Virus record (IMG/VR): IMGVR_UViG_3300037760_000053
Span: 1-46,928 of that record
Reading direction: 5' to 3' (one strand)
DNA length: 46,928 nucleotides
DNA from: a virus
Lineage: Duplodnaviria; Caudoviricetes
This document shows, piece after piece, positions 16,257 to 25,933 of this stretch (its first letter is position 1; each line of letters starts with the position of its first letter). The notes beneath the pieces are model-generated. The model made no database searches. It saw only the letters and a program-made list of their open reading frames with translations, and had not been told where the DNA came from. A program made the translations under genes and the position numbers.

Positions 16257-18590
16257 TCAGCCTCCTAACGCAACTTCAAGCGACATCGAAAGCACGCTCA
16301 ACGGAAGAGGGTCGGACTGCTGCACACAAACCTGCCCATCTGAGTTCCACTGCGGGTCAATGACGATCGACGCAACACCCGTGAACAGATTCGGCGGCGA
16401 CCCGAACGGCTCGGTCGTCCGCTGTTTAAACTGCCTCAGCTTGTCGAACGACGGGCCGGCGAAGATGCTAGAGGAATTGTTCACGCGCAGGTGCACGTCA
16501 TTCACATTCTTGAACACACCGTCGCCAGTGTCAGCCTCGTTTCGCGCGGGCAGCGTCTGCAGCTGCGCCACGAACGGTAGCCCCACGTGCACCTTGCTGG
16601 CGGCGTTCTCGAGTGTCACGCCGCCCGACGTGACGACCTGCTGCGGCAGCACGGCGCCGTCCGCCAATATGCTGACCGTCTCGCCCTCGAGGTGGTCGAG
16701 CCCGCTGATGATCGTCGCGGGCGGCCCGTCATAGCTCAGCCCGCTGTCGACGTAGAACAAGTCTTCAAGAAGGCTCGACTGCGCAAGCTGCAAGCGTTCG
16801 ATGTACCGCACGTCGGCCCCGTCGACGTTACGCTTGACAACCACGTAGGTGCCGTCCTGGGTACCCTCCGGCACGACCGCCACCGACTCGAACTGGCCGT
16901 CGGTGGCGTGCTGGTGCCAGGCCATCACCTCGTGTTCTGGCACGTAGGTCATGCCGAGCAGCACACCGTCGGAGCGCACGGCCCAGATAATCTTGTAGGG
17001 TGTCGTCGTGTAGTCCAAGTCAGTCAACTGGCGCCCGTCGAACAGGTGAGGCGCGAACAGCGAGGCATCGTTCACGCGGTAGCCATTCTGCTCCCACGTG
17101 TAGATCAGCTCGGCCAGGTGCCCCGTGCGCGCCTCGCCGAACAGCACCGAGTTGCCGGCCACGACCGGCTGCGCGTCGGACGCGCCCACGTAGGCCGACG
17201 GCCGCGCCGAGATCGTGCTGGGCGTCAGCGCGTCGGAGTCCTGCGCCCAAATACGCCACACGACGCTCCCGGTGAACAGCAGCAGGTCGTCAAGCGCAAC
17301 GATGTGCTTGATGTTGTTCGCCTGGCGCGACGCGACGCGAAACTCTATAGCATCGCTATCTAGTGGCGCCAGTCGGGCGCGCGACATGTTGCTGTCAGAA
17401 CCTGACCGCGTCAGCCACATATTCTGAGGTTGGTTGTTGGTCCCACCGAACGCGCGCCGCTGTTCGAAGTAGGCGCACGCGGCCGGCCAGTCGCCGGCTC
17501 CGTCGAAGCCCTCAAACAACTGAGGCGGCGTGACACTCGTGTCGGGCGTCACGTTCTGGTCGAGGATCGACGGGCTGCCTCCGTCGGCGGAGCCTATGAA
17601 ACCGAAAACTCCAAAACTTTGGTTCTTATAAAAGTTGTGGTAGTCGGCGCCGGCCGTGGCAGTGCAAGAAATTATGTTGCGGTGCCCGGCGACCCACAGG
17701 TCGTTCGCGACCGCGTCGCCGGTTCCGGGGAGTGACTCCTGCCCGTCGATGACGGCCGTAGCCGTGTAAGAGTACGTAACTGGGTTGGCCCCGGCGGCCG
17801 GCCCCTGGACGGCCGCGTTGATGCTCGTAGGTGCAGCGACCGGCGTGTCAAAGTCAATGACGTTCAAGTCCCAGTCGTTGGGCGCGTTGATGAGCAGCTC
17901 GCGCGGCGCATAGCTGGGATGTGTGATCGTCAGCACTCCGGTGGCCTGCGCGTACCGCAAAGAGAATAGGTGTCCGCTCAGGTAGGGCGTCGCGACCTCG
18001 TAGACCGGGGCGGTCGCCAACTGGAAATCCCCCAGACCAGGATTGACAAACGGCAAAAACTTACCCCACAAGTCGAGGGGCTCGCCGGTCAATCTCTCTA
18101 GCGTAAACGTGTCCGTCGTCACGTCGCGGCAAATGTGAGTCACACCGTTGAAATTGGAGATTGGCACCTCGCTCTCGGTGAACCCGGAAGGCACAACCTG
18201 CGTGCCGTCCGTATACCCGTGGGCGGTCACCTCGAACGTCGTGATGCCCACGCTCGTTGGGAACGAGCTAACGCACGCTTGCAGCGTGGTGTCTTCCAGC
18301 ACGGTGCCACCCAGCGAGTGGAAGCGGATGTACTCCTCGCCGAATTCCAAGATGTACGACACGTCGTCGCTCACTACAAACGGGATCAAGCGGACACGGT
18401 GCGTGCTGTCGCCGGCCTCGCGGATGAACTGCGTGCCACGGCGACTGACGGCCGGCCCGTGCGGCAGCGTGATCATGTTGCGGCAAAGCGCAAGGCCCGT
18501 CTGGAACTTCAGCAGGTCGGGCCGCCCGAACAGCTCGGGCGTGACCTCGCCGCCGGCAAACGAGCGATGCAGGACGCGCGTGTCGCTCAT
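16257..18590 (-). CDS. Tail tubular protein B / nozzle
   Basis: SFAGGEVTP.L.GR.D start, RLIPF, WPAACAYFEQR, AWHQH, QSDPLPLSVL end. Confidence 0.9.
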   Translation of the reverse strand: MSDTRVLHRSFAGGEVTPELFGRPDLLKFQTGLALCRNMITLPHGPAVSRRGTQFIREAGDSTHRVRLIPFVVSDDVSYILEFGEEYIRFHSLGGTVLEDTTLQACVSSFPTSVGITTFEVTAHGYTDGTQVVPSGFTESEVPISNFNGVTHICRDVTTDTFTLERLTGEPLDLWGKFLPFVNPGLGDFQLATAPVYEVATPYLSGHLFSLRYAQATGVLTITHPSYAPRELLINAPNDWDLNVIDFDTPVAAPTSINAAVQGPAAGANPVTYSYTATAVIDGQESLPGTGDAVANDLWVAGHRNIISCTATAGADYHNFYKNQSFGVFGFIGSADGGSPSILDQNVTPDTSVTPPQLFEGFDGAGDWPAACAYFEQRRAFGGTNNQPQNMWLTRSGSDSNMSRARLAPLDSDAIEFRVASRQANNIKHIVALDDLLLFTGSVVWRIWAQDSDALTPSTISARPSAYVGASDAQPVVAGNSVLFGEARTGHLAELIYTWEQNGYRVNDASLFAPHLFDGRQLTDLDYTTTPYKIIWAVRSDGVLLGMTYVPEHEVMAWHQHATDGQFESVAVVPEGTQDGTYVVVKRNVDGADVRYIERLQLAQSSLLEDLFYVDSGLSYDGPPATIISGLDHLEGETVSILADGAVLPQQVVTSGGVTLENAASKVHVGLPFVAQLQTLPARNEADTGDGVFKNVNDVHLRVNNSSSIFAGPSFDKLRQFKQRTTEPFGSPPNLFTGVASIVIDPQWNSDGQVCVQQSDPLPLSVLSMSLEVALGG

Positions 18591-19204
18591 CGGTCAGAGA
18601 TCCACTTCGGCTTGTAGTTGCGGTACGTGGCGTCCAGCTTGCGGCCGGCCGCGTCGAGCATCTTCGCGTTGGGGAACTCGATCTCGGCGAACCGCTTCAT
18701 GATCCGCTCGGCCACCTGGGCGCCGACTCGCCCGCGCAAGATCGGGCCCGCCAAGTACGACGCGAGCAGCCACGAGAACGCGAGTACGAACGAGGGGGAG
18801 AACTTAGTCGAGTCGGTCACGCGCACCAGGTAGCGCAGCTCTGCGTCTTTCGTGTTTGTGTAGATAACCAGCTCGCCTGTGTCGAGCGACTCGACGACGA
18901 AATCTTCTGTCTTCGTGTCGTCGGTCGCACCGGGCGGCAACACCGACAGCGGCCGCATCATGTTGGCCGGCGGCGCGTACGCGAACATCCAGGAGGTCGT
19001 CTCGTTCGTGATCTCAGCGAGCACCTTGCGCCGAGTATTGAAGCTCCACGCGTGCGCCTCGAGGAGCGCATCGCGCGCGATCGGGTAGAACTTGGCGGAC
19101 TGTTCCGCCTGGACGGTCGACTCGGGCGGGCTGATGCTCGTAACGTTCGCCTCGTCACCGAGATGACCGAGGGCCAGGTTGCTGATGTCAGCGGGACTTG
19201 CCAC
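18587..19204 (-). CDS. Tail tubular protein A / head-tail adaptor
   Basis: ISNLALGHLG...YPIARD.LL..HAWSF, upstream of the nozzle. Confidence 0.85.
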   Translation of the reverse strand: MASPADISNLALGHLGDEANVTSISPPESTVQAEQSAKFYPIARDALLEAHAWSFNTRRKVLAEITNETTSWMFAYAPPANMMRPLSVLPPGATDDTKTEDFVVESLDTGELVIYTNTKDAELRYLVRVTDSTKFSPSFVLAFSWLLASYLAGPILRGRVGAQVAERIMKRFAEIEFPNAKMLDAAGRKLDATYRNYKPKWISDR

Positions 19205-19218
19205 GGTTCCTATCTCCT

Positions 19219-19248
19219 AAAAACGAGGCCGGCAACGCGGCCGGCCTC
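19219..19248 (-). terminator. Intrinsic terminator after the capsid module
   Basis: GAGGCCGGC-6nt-GCCGGCCTC hairpin followed by GTTTTT on the minus strand. Confidence 0.7.
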
Positions 19249-19287
19249 AAACTCACAGCACAGAGGGAGGATGCCGCGTTGAAAACG

Positions 19288-19572
19288 TTAGACGAGGTCG
19301 CCCCCACCGTTATCAGGTTGAGGCTCGCCGCCGCCGGTGACGCGACGCTTGCCGCCTTCGGGCACATAGTCGCCGTCGACCTTCTCGAACTTCGGCGCTT
19401 CGGCCCGCTTGACCGGCTTGCCCTTCACTGTTTCAGGCGCAACAGGCTTCGCGAACGTCGCGTAGTCGGCGCGGAGCTTGCCGTCTTTGCCGGCCGGCGC
19501 GTCGAACACTTCGCCGACGCGCCGCCGAGGGACGCCGCCCTTTCTGAAAGCCTTGACTCGGATCGTCTCCAT
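19288..19572 (-). CDS. Hypothetical virion-associated protein (94 aa)
   Basis: METIRVKAFRKG...RRRVGEVF, with GGAG SD. Confidence 0.6.
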   Translation of the reverse strand: METIRVKAFRKGGVPRRRVGEVFDAPAGKDGKLRADYATFAKPVAPETVKGKPVKRAEAPKFEKVDGDYVPEGGKRRVTGGGEPQPDNGGGDLV

Positions 19573-19585
19573 AGGTCGACTCCGA

Positions 19586-20071
19586 TTACGCCTGCGAGGG
19601 AGAAGGGTACGGACGGTAGGCCGCCACATCGAGCGTCAGGAACGCGTTGATGGAGCCGGCCGTCAGCGCCTCGCCCGCCACGGTAGCGAGAATGCCGAGG
19701 TAGCGTTGGTAGTCGGCATGCTGCGGCAGCGCAACTACCGCGAGCACGTCGCCGGCCGAGATACCGTCGGCAGGATCGATGACGCCTGTGGAGAAGTGCG
19801 TCGTGATCGTGCCGTCGAGTGTGGCCGCGTCGTCCGACACCAAGTCGAACTGGACCGTCGCCGTCGCGCCCGACGTGTCGTCAAACGTGACGCTCGCCTG
19901 GATTACCAGATAGGCAGGCCCGTCGACACCAACGTTTTGCGTGAGGGGCACCGCAAGACCACCAGGGCCACCGAGGCCGCGAAGGTCGATCACGTCGCCG
20001 ACCACACGTGCGCCGGTGCTGCCGCCAACGGCGGTGTTGTCGGCGAACTCATTTCTTTCGTCAAGGATCAT
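19586..20071 (-). CDS. Capsid cement/decoration protein (Bbp16-like)
   Basis: MILDERNEF...DVIDL...YQRYLG...AGSINAFLT. GAGGA SD. Follows MCP. Confidence 0.8.
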   Translation of the reverse strand: MILDERNEFADNTAVGGSTGARVVGDVIDLRGLGGPGGLAVPLTQNVGVDGPAYLVIQASVTFDDTSGATATVQFDLVSDDAATLDGTITTHFSTGVIDPADGISAGDVLAVVALPQHADYQRYLGILATVAGEALTAGSINAFLTLDVAAYRPYPSPSQA

Positions 20072-20106
20072 TTGCGTTTCCTCGTAAAGTTGTGAAGGCA
20101 GCAGCC

Positions 20107-21114
20107 TTAGCTGACCTGCGTCTCCGTGTTGACCAGGGCGTCGGTGCGCCGCACCGGCATGTCGTCGAACACCATGACGCGGCGACCTTCGACGGTTTCC
20201 CATGTCAGGTTGTTGGCGATCTTGTTCAAGATGCCGAGCCGCAGAGCTTCACGAACCTTGCGGTTGACGTACCACACGGGGCGGCCAAGGCCAAAGCTGC
20301 GGATGCGCTCCGCAGCTTGCACCATGCTGTTGATGAGCGCCTGCGCGTTCGCGAAGTTGGTAGCAGGATCGAAGATGCCACTCGTGCTCGTGTCGATGTT
20401 CGCGACACGCGAGATGTAGCGCCAGTCGCGGACCGTCAGGCCGGCCTGCCACTTGTAGTGGCTGCGGTACATCTGAGCGCGGCCGCCGTTGCTGTCGACG
20501 TTCTCGACGGTCACCTCACCGAGATCCTTCATCTGCAGGCCGGCGTTGAAACCTTTGCCGTAGATGCCGTGGGCCGTCTGCGGGCCCCACACGATGCACC
20601 AGATGCTCGTGAGGTCTGAGCTGTCGCCGTGATCGATGATCTGGTCGGCGTTCTCGGCCGACAGACTGTTGAACCGAGGGGCGAGCCCGGTGAACTCTTC
20701 AGGGGCTGTGATCTCCGAGCCGTAGAAGAGCGTCTCGGCCATCTCCTGATTCATGCCCTCGATGTGGGGCGTATCCTCAGAGACGCGGAACGCTTCGGTG
20801 TTACCGTTGAGGTCGGCCAGGTCTTTGTCGACCTCCGCGTACGCCTCGAGGTTACCGATCGTGTCGGTGACCTGCACGGTCGTGCTCTTGGACGGCTGCA
20901 CGCCGCCGTAGAGCTTACGCCAGGTCGGCTCGGGAAGTCCCGTGCGGACGGTCGTCTTGTGGCCCGTCGGCAGGTTGCCGGGCGTCCAGCCCATGTCGAG
21001 CAGAATCTCGTTCTGCTCTTGGAGCAGCTCAACGATCTGCGCGATCGTGCCATCAGGATCGGTACGCTTCGCGACATCGAGCAGCGTCGGGTTGTTGGTC
21101 GACAGAATAGCCAT
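20107..21114 (-). CDS. Major capsid protein (BPP-1/epsilon15 type)
   Basis: PTLLDVAKR.DPDG, TVRTGLP..TWRKL, GL.VRDWRY..R.ANID, PVRRTDAL. Confidence 0.95.
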   Translation of the reverse strand: MAILSTNNPTLLDVAKRTDPDGTIAQIVELLQEQNEILLDMGWTPGNLPTGHKTTVRTGLPEPTWRKLYGGVQPSKSTTVQVTDTIGNLEAYAEVDKDLADLNGNTEAFRVSEDTPHIEGMNQEMAETLFYGSEITAPEEFTGLAPRFNSLSAENADQIIDHGDSSDLTSIWCIVWGPQTAHGIYGKGFNAGLQMKDLGEVTVENVDSNGGRAQMYRSHYKWQAGLTVRDWRYISRVANIDTSTSGIFDPATNFANAQALINSMVQAAERIRSFGLGRPVWYVNRKVREALRLGILNKIANNLTWETVEGRRVMVFDDMPVRRTDALVNTETQVS

Positions 21115-21151
21115 GTTTCAATACTCCGTTTAGCTGTTGCTAAATCTCGCG

Positions 21152-21787
21152 TCAAACGACGTGATCCGAATTGGTGTAAAACCGCTTCGGCGCCGGGGGA
21201 GTGCCCCCGCCGCCGACGAACTTGTCTTCGCTGATCGCCTTGCCCAAGCGAACCAGCAGACGAACGGCCGGCGGGAAGTTTCCCATCGGGCCCTCGAGCG
21301 CCTTACGTAGCTCGTCATCCCCGAAAGCCTCGACGACTTTCTTCGCGAGGCCGAGATTCTCGGCGAGCTTCTCGCCGCCGAAATCCTTGTCGGCCTTCAT
21401 CGCGTCCTGCCACTCCTGGTTGACGCGCTCCGCGTCGGCCGTGGCGGCCTCCTCGGCTGACTTGCGGACCGCCAGGTCACGGTCGACGATCTTCTGGGCC
21501 TGCGCCTGCGTGAGGCCCGCTTCCTTGGCGAAGTCAGTGACGGCCTTCAGGTCGTCGCTCTCCAGCTTGACGCCCTCGGGCAGCGTGAATTCTTCGTACT
21601 GCTCGGGCGCGCCACCTTTGTCGCCGCCCTTGTCACCACCGAGCATCGACTGGCCCTGCTGGCCCTGCTGGCCCTGCTGGCCCTGCTGGCCCTGCTGGCC
21701 CTGATCGCCTTGGCCTTGCTGACCCTGCTGACCTTGCTGACCTTGATCGCCTTGGCCTTGCTGACCCTGCTGTCCGTCGTCGCTCAC
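21152..21787 (-). CDS. Capsid scaffolding/assembly protein
   Basis: APEQYEEFTLPEG, GLTQAQAQK, G.AISED, directly upstream of MCP. Confidence 0.85.
   Translation of the reverse strand: MSDDGQQGQQGQGDQGQQGQQGQQGQGDQGQQGQQGQQGQQGQQGQSMLGGDKGGDKGGAPEQYEEFTLPEGVKLESDDLKAVTDFAKEAGLTQAQAQKIVDRDLAVRKSAEEAATADAERVNQEWQDAMKADKDFGGEKLAENLGLAKKVVEAFGDDELRKALEGPMGNFPPAVRLLVRLGKAISEDKFVGGGGTPPAPKRFYTNSDHVV
21650..21775. repeat. 9-bp tandem repeat encoding (QQG)n in the scaffold N-terminus
   Basis: Repeated ctggccctg/ctgaccttg units. Confidence 0.85.
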
Positions 21788-22071
21788 TGGTTCTCCTGAA
21801 GCATTTTCGTGTACTGTTCGGGGCAGGCCGCGTGAATCTCGTTTAGCTGTCTGAGCCCGACGTTGCGCTGCCCCTCGTTGAAGGCCGTCCCGCTCTCGTC
21901 ACCCGTGTAACTCAAGCGGAACACCCCGGCTTGGCTGAGCAGTTCCCACATGAAGCGTCGGCCCCACTGGGTGCCCATCAAGCGCTCGAGGTCAGCGCGG
22001 TCTTGCTCTCGTTTCAGCTCACGCTGCTTTGCATCGCGTGCCGCTTCCTGTTCCTGGTCGTAGAATTCCAT
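21784..22071 (-). CDS. Bbp19-like hypothetical protein
   Basis: DL..LM....GRRFMW.LL...GVF..S.......AFNEGQRNVGL. Confidence 0.75.
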   Translation of the reverse strand: MEFYDQEQEAARDAKQRELKREQDRADLERLMGTQWGRRFMWELLSQAGVFRLSYTGDESGTAFNEGQRNVGLRQLNEIHAACPEQYTKMLQENQ

Positions 22072-22112
22072 TCGCAAAATACGATACAGCCAATTTCTCA
22101 AACTACTGTTAC

Positions 22113-22397
22113 TCACCGGGCTGTCTTCGCGAACTGCCACAGTAGCCCTCCAAACAGGTCGACGAACGCCTCATCTTCATCGAGATCATTGCGGCCCATC
22201 GCACGCAAAATCGCGTGCACCAGCTCGTGGTAGAACGTGTGCCCGACCATGTCGGCGTTGCCGGTTGCTACATACACCGTGATAACGTCGGTGTCCGAGT
22301 CCCACATGCCAGCGTCTTCCGAGTCTGGCTGCGGATCGAACACCACATTTACGTCGTGCCCGAGTAGCGAAAATGTTCGTGGGATCATTGGAGTCAC
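22113..22397 (-). CDS. Small zincin-like metallopeptidase
   Basis: TFYHELVHAI followed by DEAFVD. Confidence 0.7.
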   Translation of the reverse strand: MTPMIPRTFSLLGHDVNVVFDPQPDSEDAGMWDSDTDVITVYVATGNADMVGHTFYHELVHAILRAMGRNDLDEDEAFVDLFGGLLWQFAKTAR

Positions 22398-22398
22398 T

Positions 22399-24078
22399 TC
22401 AAAACATTTTCATGGCGTCCGTCAGGGCGCTCTTGGTGGAGGTGTCGGTCTCGCTGAGTGTCTTCGCCGTGGCCGCCGCCGCGGGCACCATGGCGGCCTG
22501 CTGCATGGCGGCCTCCTGCTCGGCCCGCTGTTGTCGAATGATGGCCACCTGATCGTCGGCCACGATGAGCGTCGGGTCGACCCCGAGCATGTCGGCGTAC
22601 GCGTCGACCACCTGGTCGCCGTCGATCTTGTCGAGCATGTCGGGCTTGAACTGGGCCGCGCTGCCGACGGTCCCCAGCAGCCGGTCGACCGACGCAAGCC
22701 CGACGGCCCGCTGGGCCTGCGCCAGCGTCGAGATGAACTCGACCTTCAGGTCGATACCCTCAAGCTCGGGCGGCGGCCGGGGCACCATGTTGGCCTCGAT
22801 CATGTCGTCGAACGTGTTGTCGACCAGGGGCGACAGCAACTCGTTGTGCAGACGCTCGAGCACCGGGCCCAGCATGAGGAGCTTCTCCTCGTGGCGCTCG
22901 GCGACCTCACGGGCGGTGATCTCGCGACGATCGCTGTGGGCCAGCATCAAGAACAAGTCTTCGTAGAACGCACGGCTGATACGCTGACGCACATCCACGA
23001 TGTCAGGCAGCAAGCTCGACAGGTCGAACCTAACGTCGTGGAGCGCCCGGATGCCGGTGCCGGGGCCGGCCCCGTCGAGGTACGTGATGCCGCCCGGCTG
23101 TGACTGCACCTCCTGGTTCTTGAGGGCGGTGGGCACCTGCAGGGCCGGCTGCGACTGCTGATCTATAACCTGACCCTTGCGGTACTGCTCGTGTTGCAGC
23201 TGTTTCACGTCGCCGAGCGCCTCCATGCCGGGGCTCTCGCCGTAAATGTCGCCGCTAACTACGTGCCACCGGGGGGCGAGACAGCGGAACCGGTTGAGCC
23301 CCGACTCGCGCAAATACTTATCGGCGCCCTCGTGCGAGTTGGCCTCGAAGTAACACGACCGCCACGGCATGTTGATCGCGTCTCGCTTGCGCGTGTCGCG
23401 CTCGGTGCGTGGCTCGATCACGTGCACCACGTCGATCCACTTGTCGTATCCTTTCCCGTCGTTGTACAAACCGCGGACAGTCTGGCTCACGTTCGGTAGG
23501 CCAAACTCTTGCACCACCTGGAGGACCGTCATCCCGTACTTGCGGTAGAGCGTGTCCACGTTGCCGCGCGAGTCGGTCGCGATCGCGTACTCGCCGATGG
23601 TCAGCGGGTTGTGGTGCACGACCGTCTCGAAGTCAGCCTGCAGCACGTTGACGGCCGTCCCGAATGCACCTAGCTCGCCATAAAGCGAATGCAGCGCGCG
23701 GTACGTGTTCGAACGGTTGAAGATATCGCGCATGCGGCGCGTCACGACGTGCAACCACTCTTTGACTGCCTGCTGCTCGTTCAGGTCGTCGTCGGGCGTC
23801 TGCAGGCGGAACCACGGGCGCGCGGGGCTCGTCATGCCCGCCATGAGGCCGGCCTCGAGCACGCGGAGCGCGCGCGTACCGTGCGAGTCGTAGATGTGGT
23901 TGTGCTTCTTCTGACCGCGATTGGAGTTGCGGTCGGAGACCAAGAACCGGCCGGCGCGCGGCAGCAAATAGCGCCCGATCTCCTGCCAGTGTGTGAACCA
24001 GCTGGCCCGCTCAAGCTCTAGCGCGCTCCAACGGCGGCGCTTCGCCTGGATGCTGTTCTCGTCGTAGTGCGTCGGCAC
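22399..24078 (-). CDS. Portal protein (head-tail connector)
   Basis: 559 aa with GMTSPARPWF, YGESPG, TAREVAERHEEKLLMLGPV. Confidence 0.95.
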   Translation of the reverse strand: MPTHYDENSIQAKRRRWSALELERASWFTHWQEIGRYLLPRAGRFLVSDRNSNRGQKKHNHIYDSHGTRALRVLEAGLMAGMTSPARPWFRLQTPDDDLNEQQAVKEWLHVVTRRMRDIFNRSNTYRALHSLYGELGAFGTAVNVLQADFETVVHHNPLTIGEYAIATDSRGNVDTLYRKYGMTVLQVVQEFGLPNVSQTVRGLYNDGKGYDKWIDVVHVIEPRTERDTRKRDAINMPWRSCYFEANSHEGADKYLRESGLNRFRCLAPRWHVVSGDIYGESPGMEALGDVKQLQHEQYRKGQVIDQQSQPALQVPTALKNQEVQSQPGGITYLDGAGPGTGIRALHDVRFDLSSLLPDIVDVRQRISRAFYEDLFLMLAHSDRREITAREVAERHEEKLLMLGPVLERLHNELLSPLVDNTFDDMIEANMVPRPPPELEGIDLKVEFISTLAQAQRAVGLASVDRLLGTVGSAAQFKPDMLDKIDGDQVVDAYADMLGVDPTLIVADDQVAIIRQQRAEQEAAMQQAAMVPAAAATAKTLSETDTSTKSALTDAMKMF

Positions 24079-24081
24079 GGA

Positions 24082-24333
24082 TCATTGCCCCAGTAGTGTC
24101 TTCGCACCTGTACTCGGGGCCGACAGCATCGAGCCCGACGCGCTGCCGTAGGCGCCACGGGGTGACAATCCTTCACGTGCGCGCCGCCGGAGCATGCTCA
24201 CGTCGGGCGCCTTGGGCGCCTGCGGGGCCTTGGGCGCCTCGGGGGTGCTTTTGTTCGCCGCGATGCCCGCGCTGGCGGCGGCCGTCGAGCCGCCGACGAT
24301 CGCCATGATAGCGGGAATTTCTAGGCCAGACAT
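24082..24333 (-). CDS. Small virion assembly protein
   Basis: 83 aa, Pro/Ala-rich, ends KTLLGQ. GAGGAG SD. Confidence 0.65.
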   Translation of the reverse strand: MSGLEIPAIMAIVGGSTAAASAGIAANKSTPEAPKAPQAPKAPDVSMLRRRAREGLSPRGAYGSASGSMLSAPSTGAKTLLGQ

Positions 24334-24335
24334 AG

Positions 24336-24503
24336 TTAGCTCCTCAACTTTTTGATCGACACCGCGATCGCGAACACGCCCGCGATGACCGCGATGATGG
24401 CCGCCGCGAACTGCACCACAGGTATCCACGTCACGACGAACGCGGTGACGGCCGACGCGCCGCTCACGCCCGCGCTGCCGATGACCTGCATCTCGGGTGT
24501 CAT
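24336..24503 (-). CDS. Small membrane protein (55 aa, holin-like)
   Basis: MTPEMQVIG...WIPVVQFAAAIIAVIAGVFAIAVSIKKLRS. ATGA overlap with the upstream stop. Confidence 0.55.
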   Translation of the reverse strand: MTPEMQVIGSAGVSGASAVTAFVVTWIPVVQFAAAIIAVIAGVFAIAVSIKKLRS

Positions 24504-25225
24504 GAGAACTGTATCGAAACATGATCGATAACCGGATCAGCGACACCGTCGCCGCCGGCCATCAGTATCGACAGATTGACATCACGGCGCGCGCCAAACG
24601 CGATCTCTGTCCAGGGTGTGGCGTGCATGTCCGCGACGGCCATCGATACTACAGCGGCACCCAGAGACGTGTAGTCACCGGGGGTATTCGACGACTCGCC
24701 TACTTTGTAGGAGGCATACAGACGTGGATCGTTCTCGCTGGCCGACGCTGTCCTGACCTTAGCCACGATGCGATAGTGTGTAAACGGCGCCAGGTCGGCG
24801 CGCACCTCGTGGCGATTCGCGCTAGCCAGGAGGCTTTCAACCTCGCTCATGTTGGTTATCGTAAGGGCCGACACAGAGTACGCGCTGACCACCACGTTCA
24901 ACTTTGTCTCGCGCTCGCTTTTTCCAGGTGCCACCAGTGTCACGTCGATGTCGCCCGCGAGTGACTCGCTAGTTTCAACGAGCAAGAAACGGTAGCGTTG
25001 CTTGGACCCGCTCTCGTTTTTGAGCGTGCCAGTCGTGCTGATACTCCCGCCGGTGCCCACCAGCGATTCGATTGTGTCCCACGTTAGGCCGCCGGTGGAT
25101 GAGCTTTGCAGTAGCAGCGTCGCATTATCCAGGTCGCTCGACGCTGCGCTATAGGCGAACACTTCGCCTGGCTTCAGCAGCAGAGCAGAACTAGGGCCGA
25201 CGGTCGACAGATTTTGCATGATCAT
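24500..25225 (-). CDS. Hypothetical beta-rich protein, possibly structural
   Basis: 241 aa from MIMQNLS, with ATGA overlaps at both ends. Confidence 0.6.
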   Translation of the reverse strand: MIMQNLSTVGPSSALLLKPGEVFAYSAASSDLDNATLLLQSSSTGGLTWDTIESLVGTGGSISTTGTLKNESGSKQRYRFLLVETSESLAGDIDVTLVAPGKSERETKLNVVVSAYSVSALTITNMSEVESLLASANRHEVRADLAPFTHYRIVAKVRTASASENDPRLYASYKVGESSNTPGDYTSLGAAVVSMAVADMHATPWTEIAFGARRDVNLSILMAGGDGVADPVIDHVSIQFS

Positions 25226-25698
25226 CGTAGGTGCCTCGTGCTGCACATCGGGTATGACGCGAGCCAGTTGTAGCGGAAGTAACCCGGCGGCAGCCTGTGC
25301 CACAGGGCCCACGCGTTGTACGCGCGCCAGGCTTGCCCCTCACTCTCACAGAGCCAGTTGATGTACAGCGGGCGCGCCTCGTACCACAGTCGTTCGGACA
25401 GCGGCGCGAGCCCGAGCTTGTAGTCGACGTAGTGTGAAATCTCGTGTGCGACGATCCCCTCGAACAACACCGGGTCGCGCACCAACACGCTCACGTACAC
25501 ACTGTCGGGGTCGCTCCACAGCCGATACTGGCCGAGGGGTTGCATCGGCACGACCTTCACGGCGGGCGGCGCCAGCTCACGACAATCGAGCGCCCGCACG
25601 GCGCACACGAAGTCGAGGTGCTCCTGCGGGGTGGCCGCGCTCGCGGCGCCGCAGAGCGTCAAGAGTATGGCCGCCAGGGTGAGTCGTGCTGTTAGCAT
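25222..25698 (-). CDS. Exported zincin-like metallopeptidase
   Basis: Signal peptide (MLTARLTLAAILLTLCGAASA), AHEISH, downstream E, Cys pairs. GGAGG SD. Operator spans the start codon. Confidence 0.7.
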   Translation of the reverse strand: MLTARLTLAAILLTLCGAASAATPQEHLDFVCAVRALDCRELAPPAVKVVPMQPLGQYRLWSDPDSVYVSVLVRDPVLFEGIVAHEISHYVDYKLGLAPLSERLWYEARPLYINWLCESEGQAWRAYNAWALWHRLPPGYFRYNWLASYPMCSTRHLR

Positions 25699-25747
25699 GT
25701 GCTAAACCTCCGACCATCGATTATCGACCATGGACTGTCAACTACTG

Positions 25748-25933
25748 TTACATGTCTCGTGACTGTCCCTTCAGCCACCGATACACCGTCATTTTCGCGA
25801 CTCCGAACTTGGCGGCCACCACGGAGACCGGCACCCTGTAGCGCACAAGTTCGAGGGCGAGGGCCACCTCGTGATCGGAGCAGGTTGCCGCGTGGTGCCG
25901 CTCGCCCCGCCGGTAACGGTCAGAGGTTCGCAT
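25748..25933 (-). CDS. Small HTH DNA-binding protein
   Basis: RGERHHAA...VAAKFGVAKMTVYRWLKG. Confidence 0.7.
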   Translation of the reverse strand: MRTSDRYRRGERHHAATCSDHEVALALELVRYRVPVSVVAAKFGVAKMTVYRWLKGQSRDM

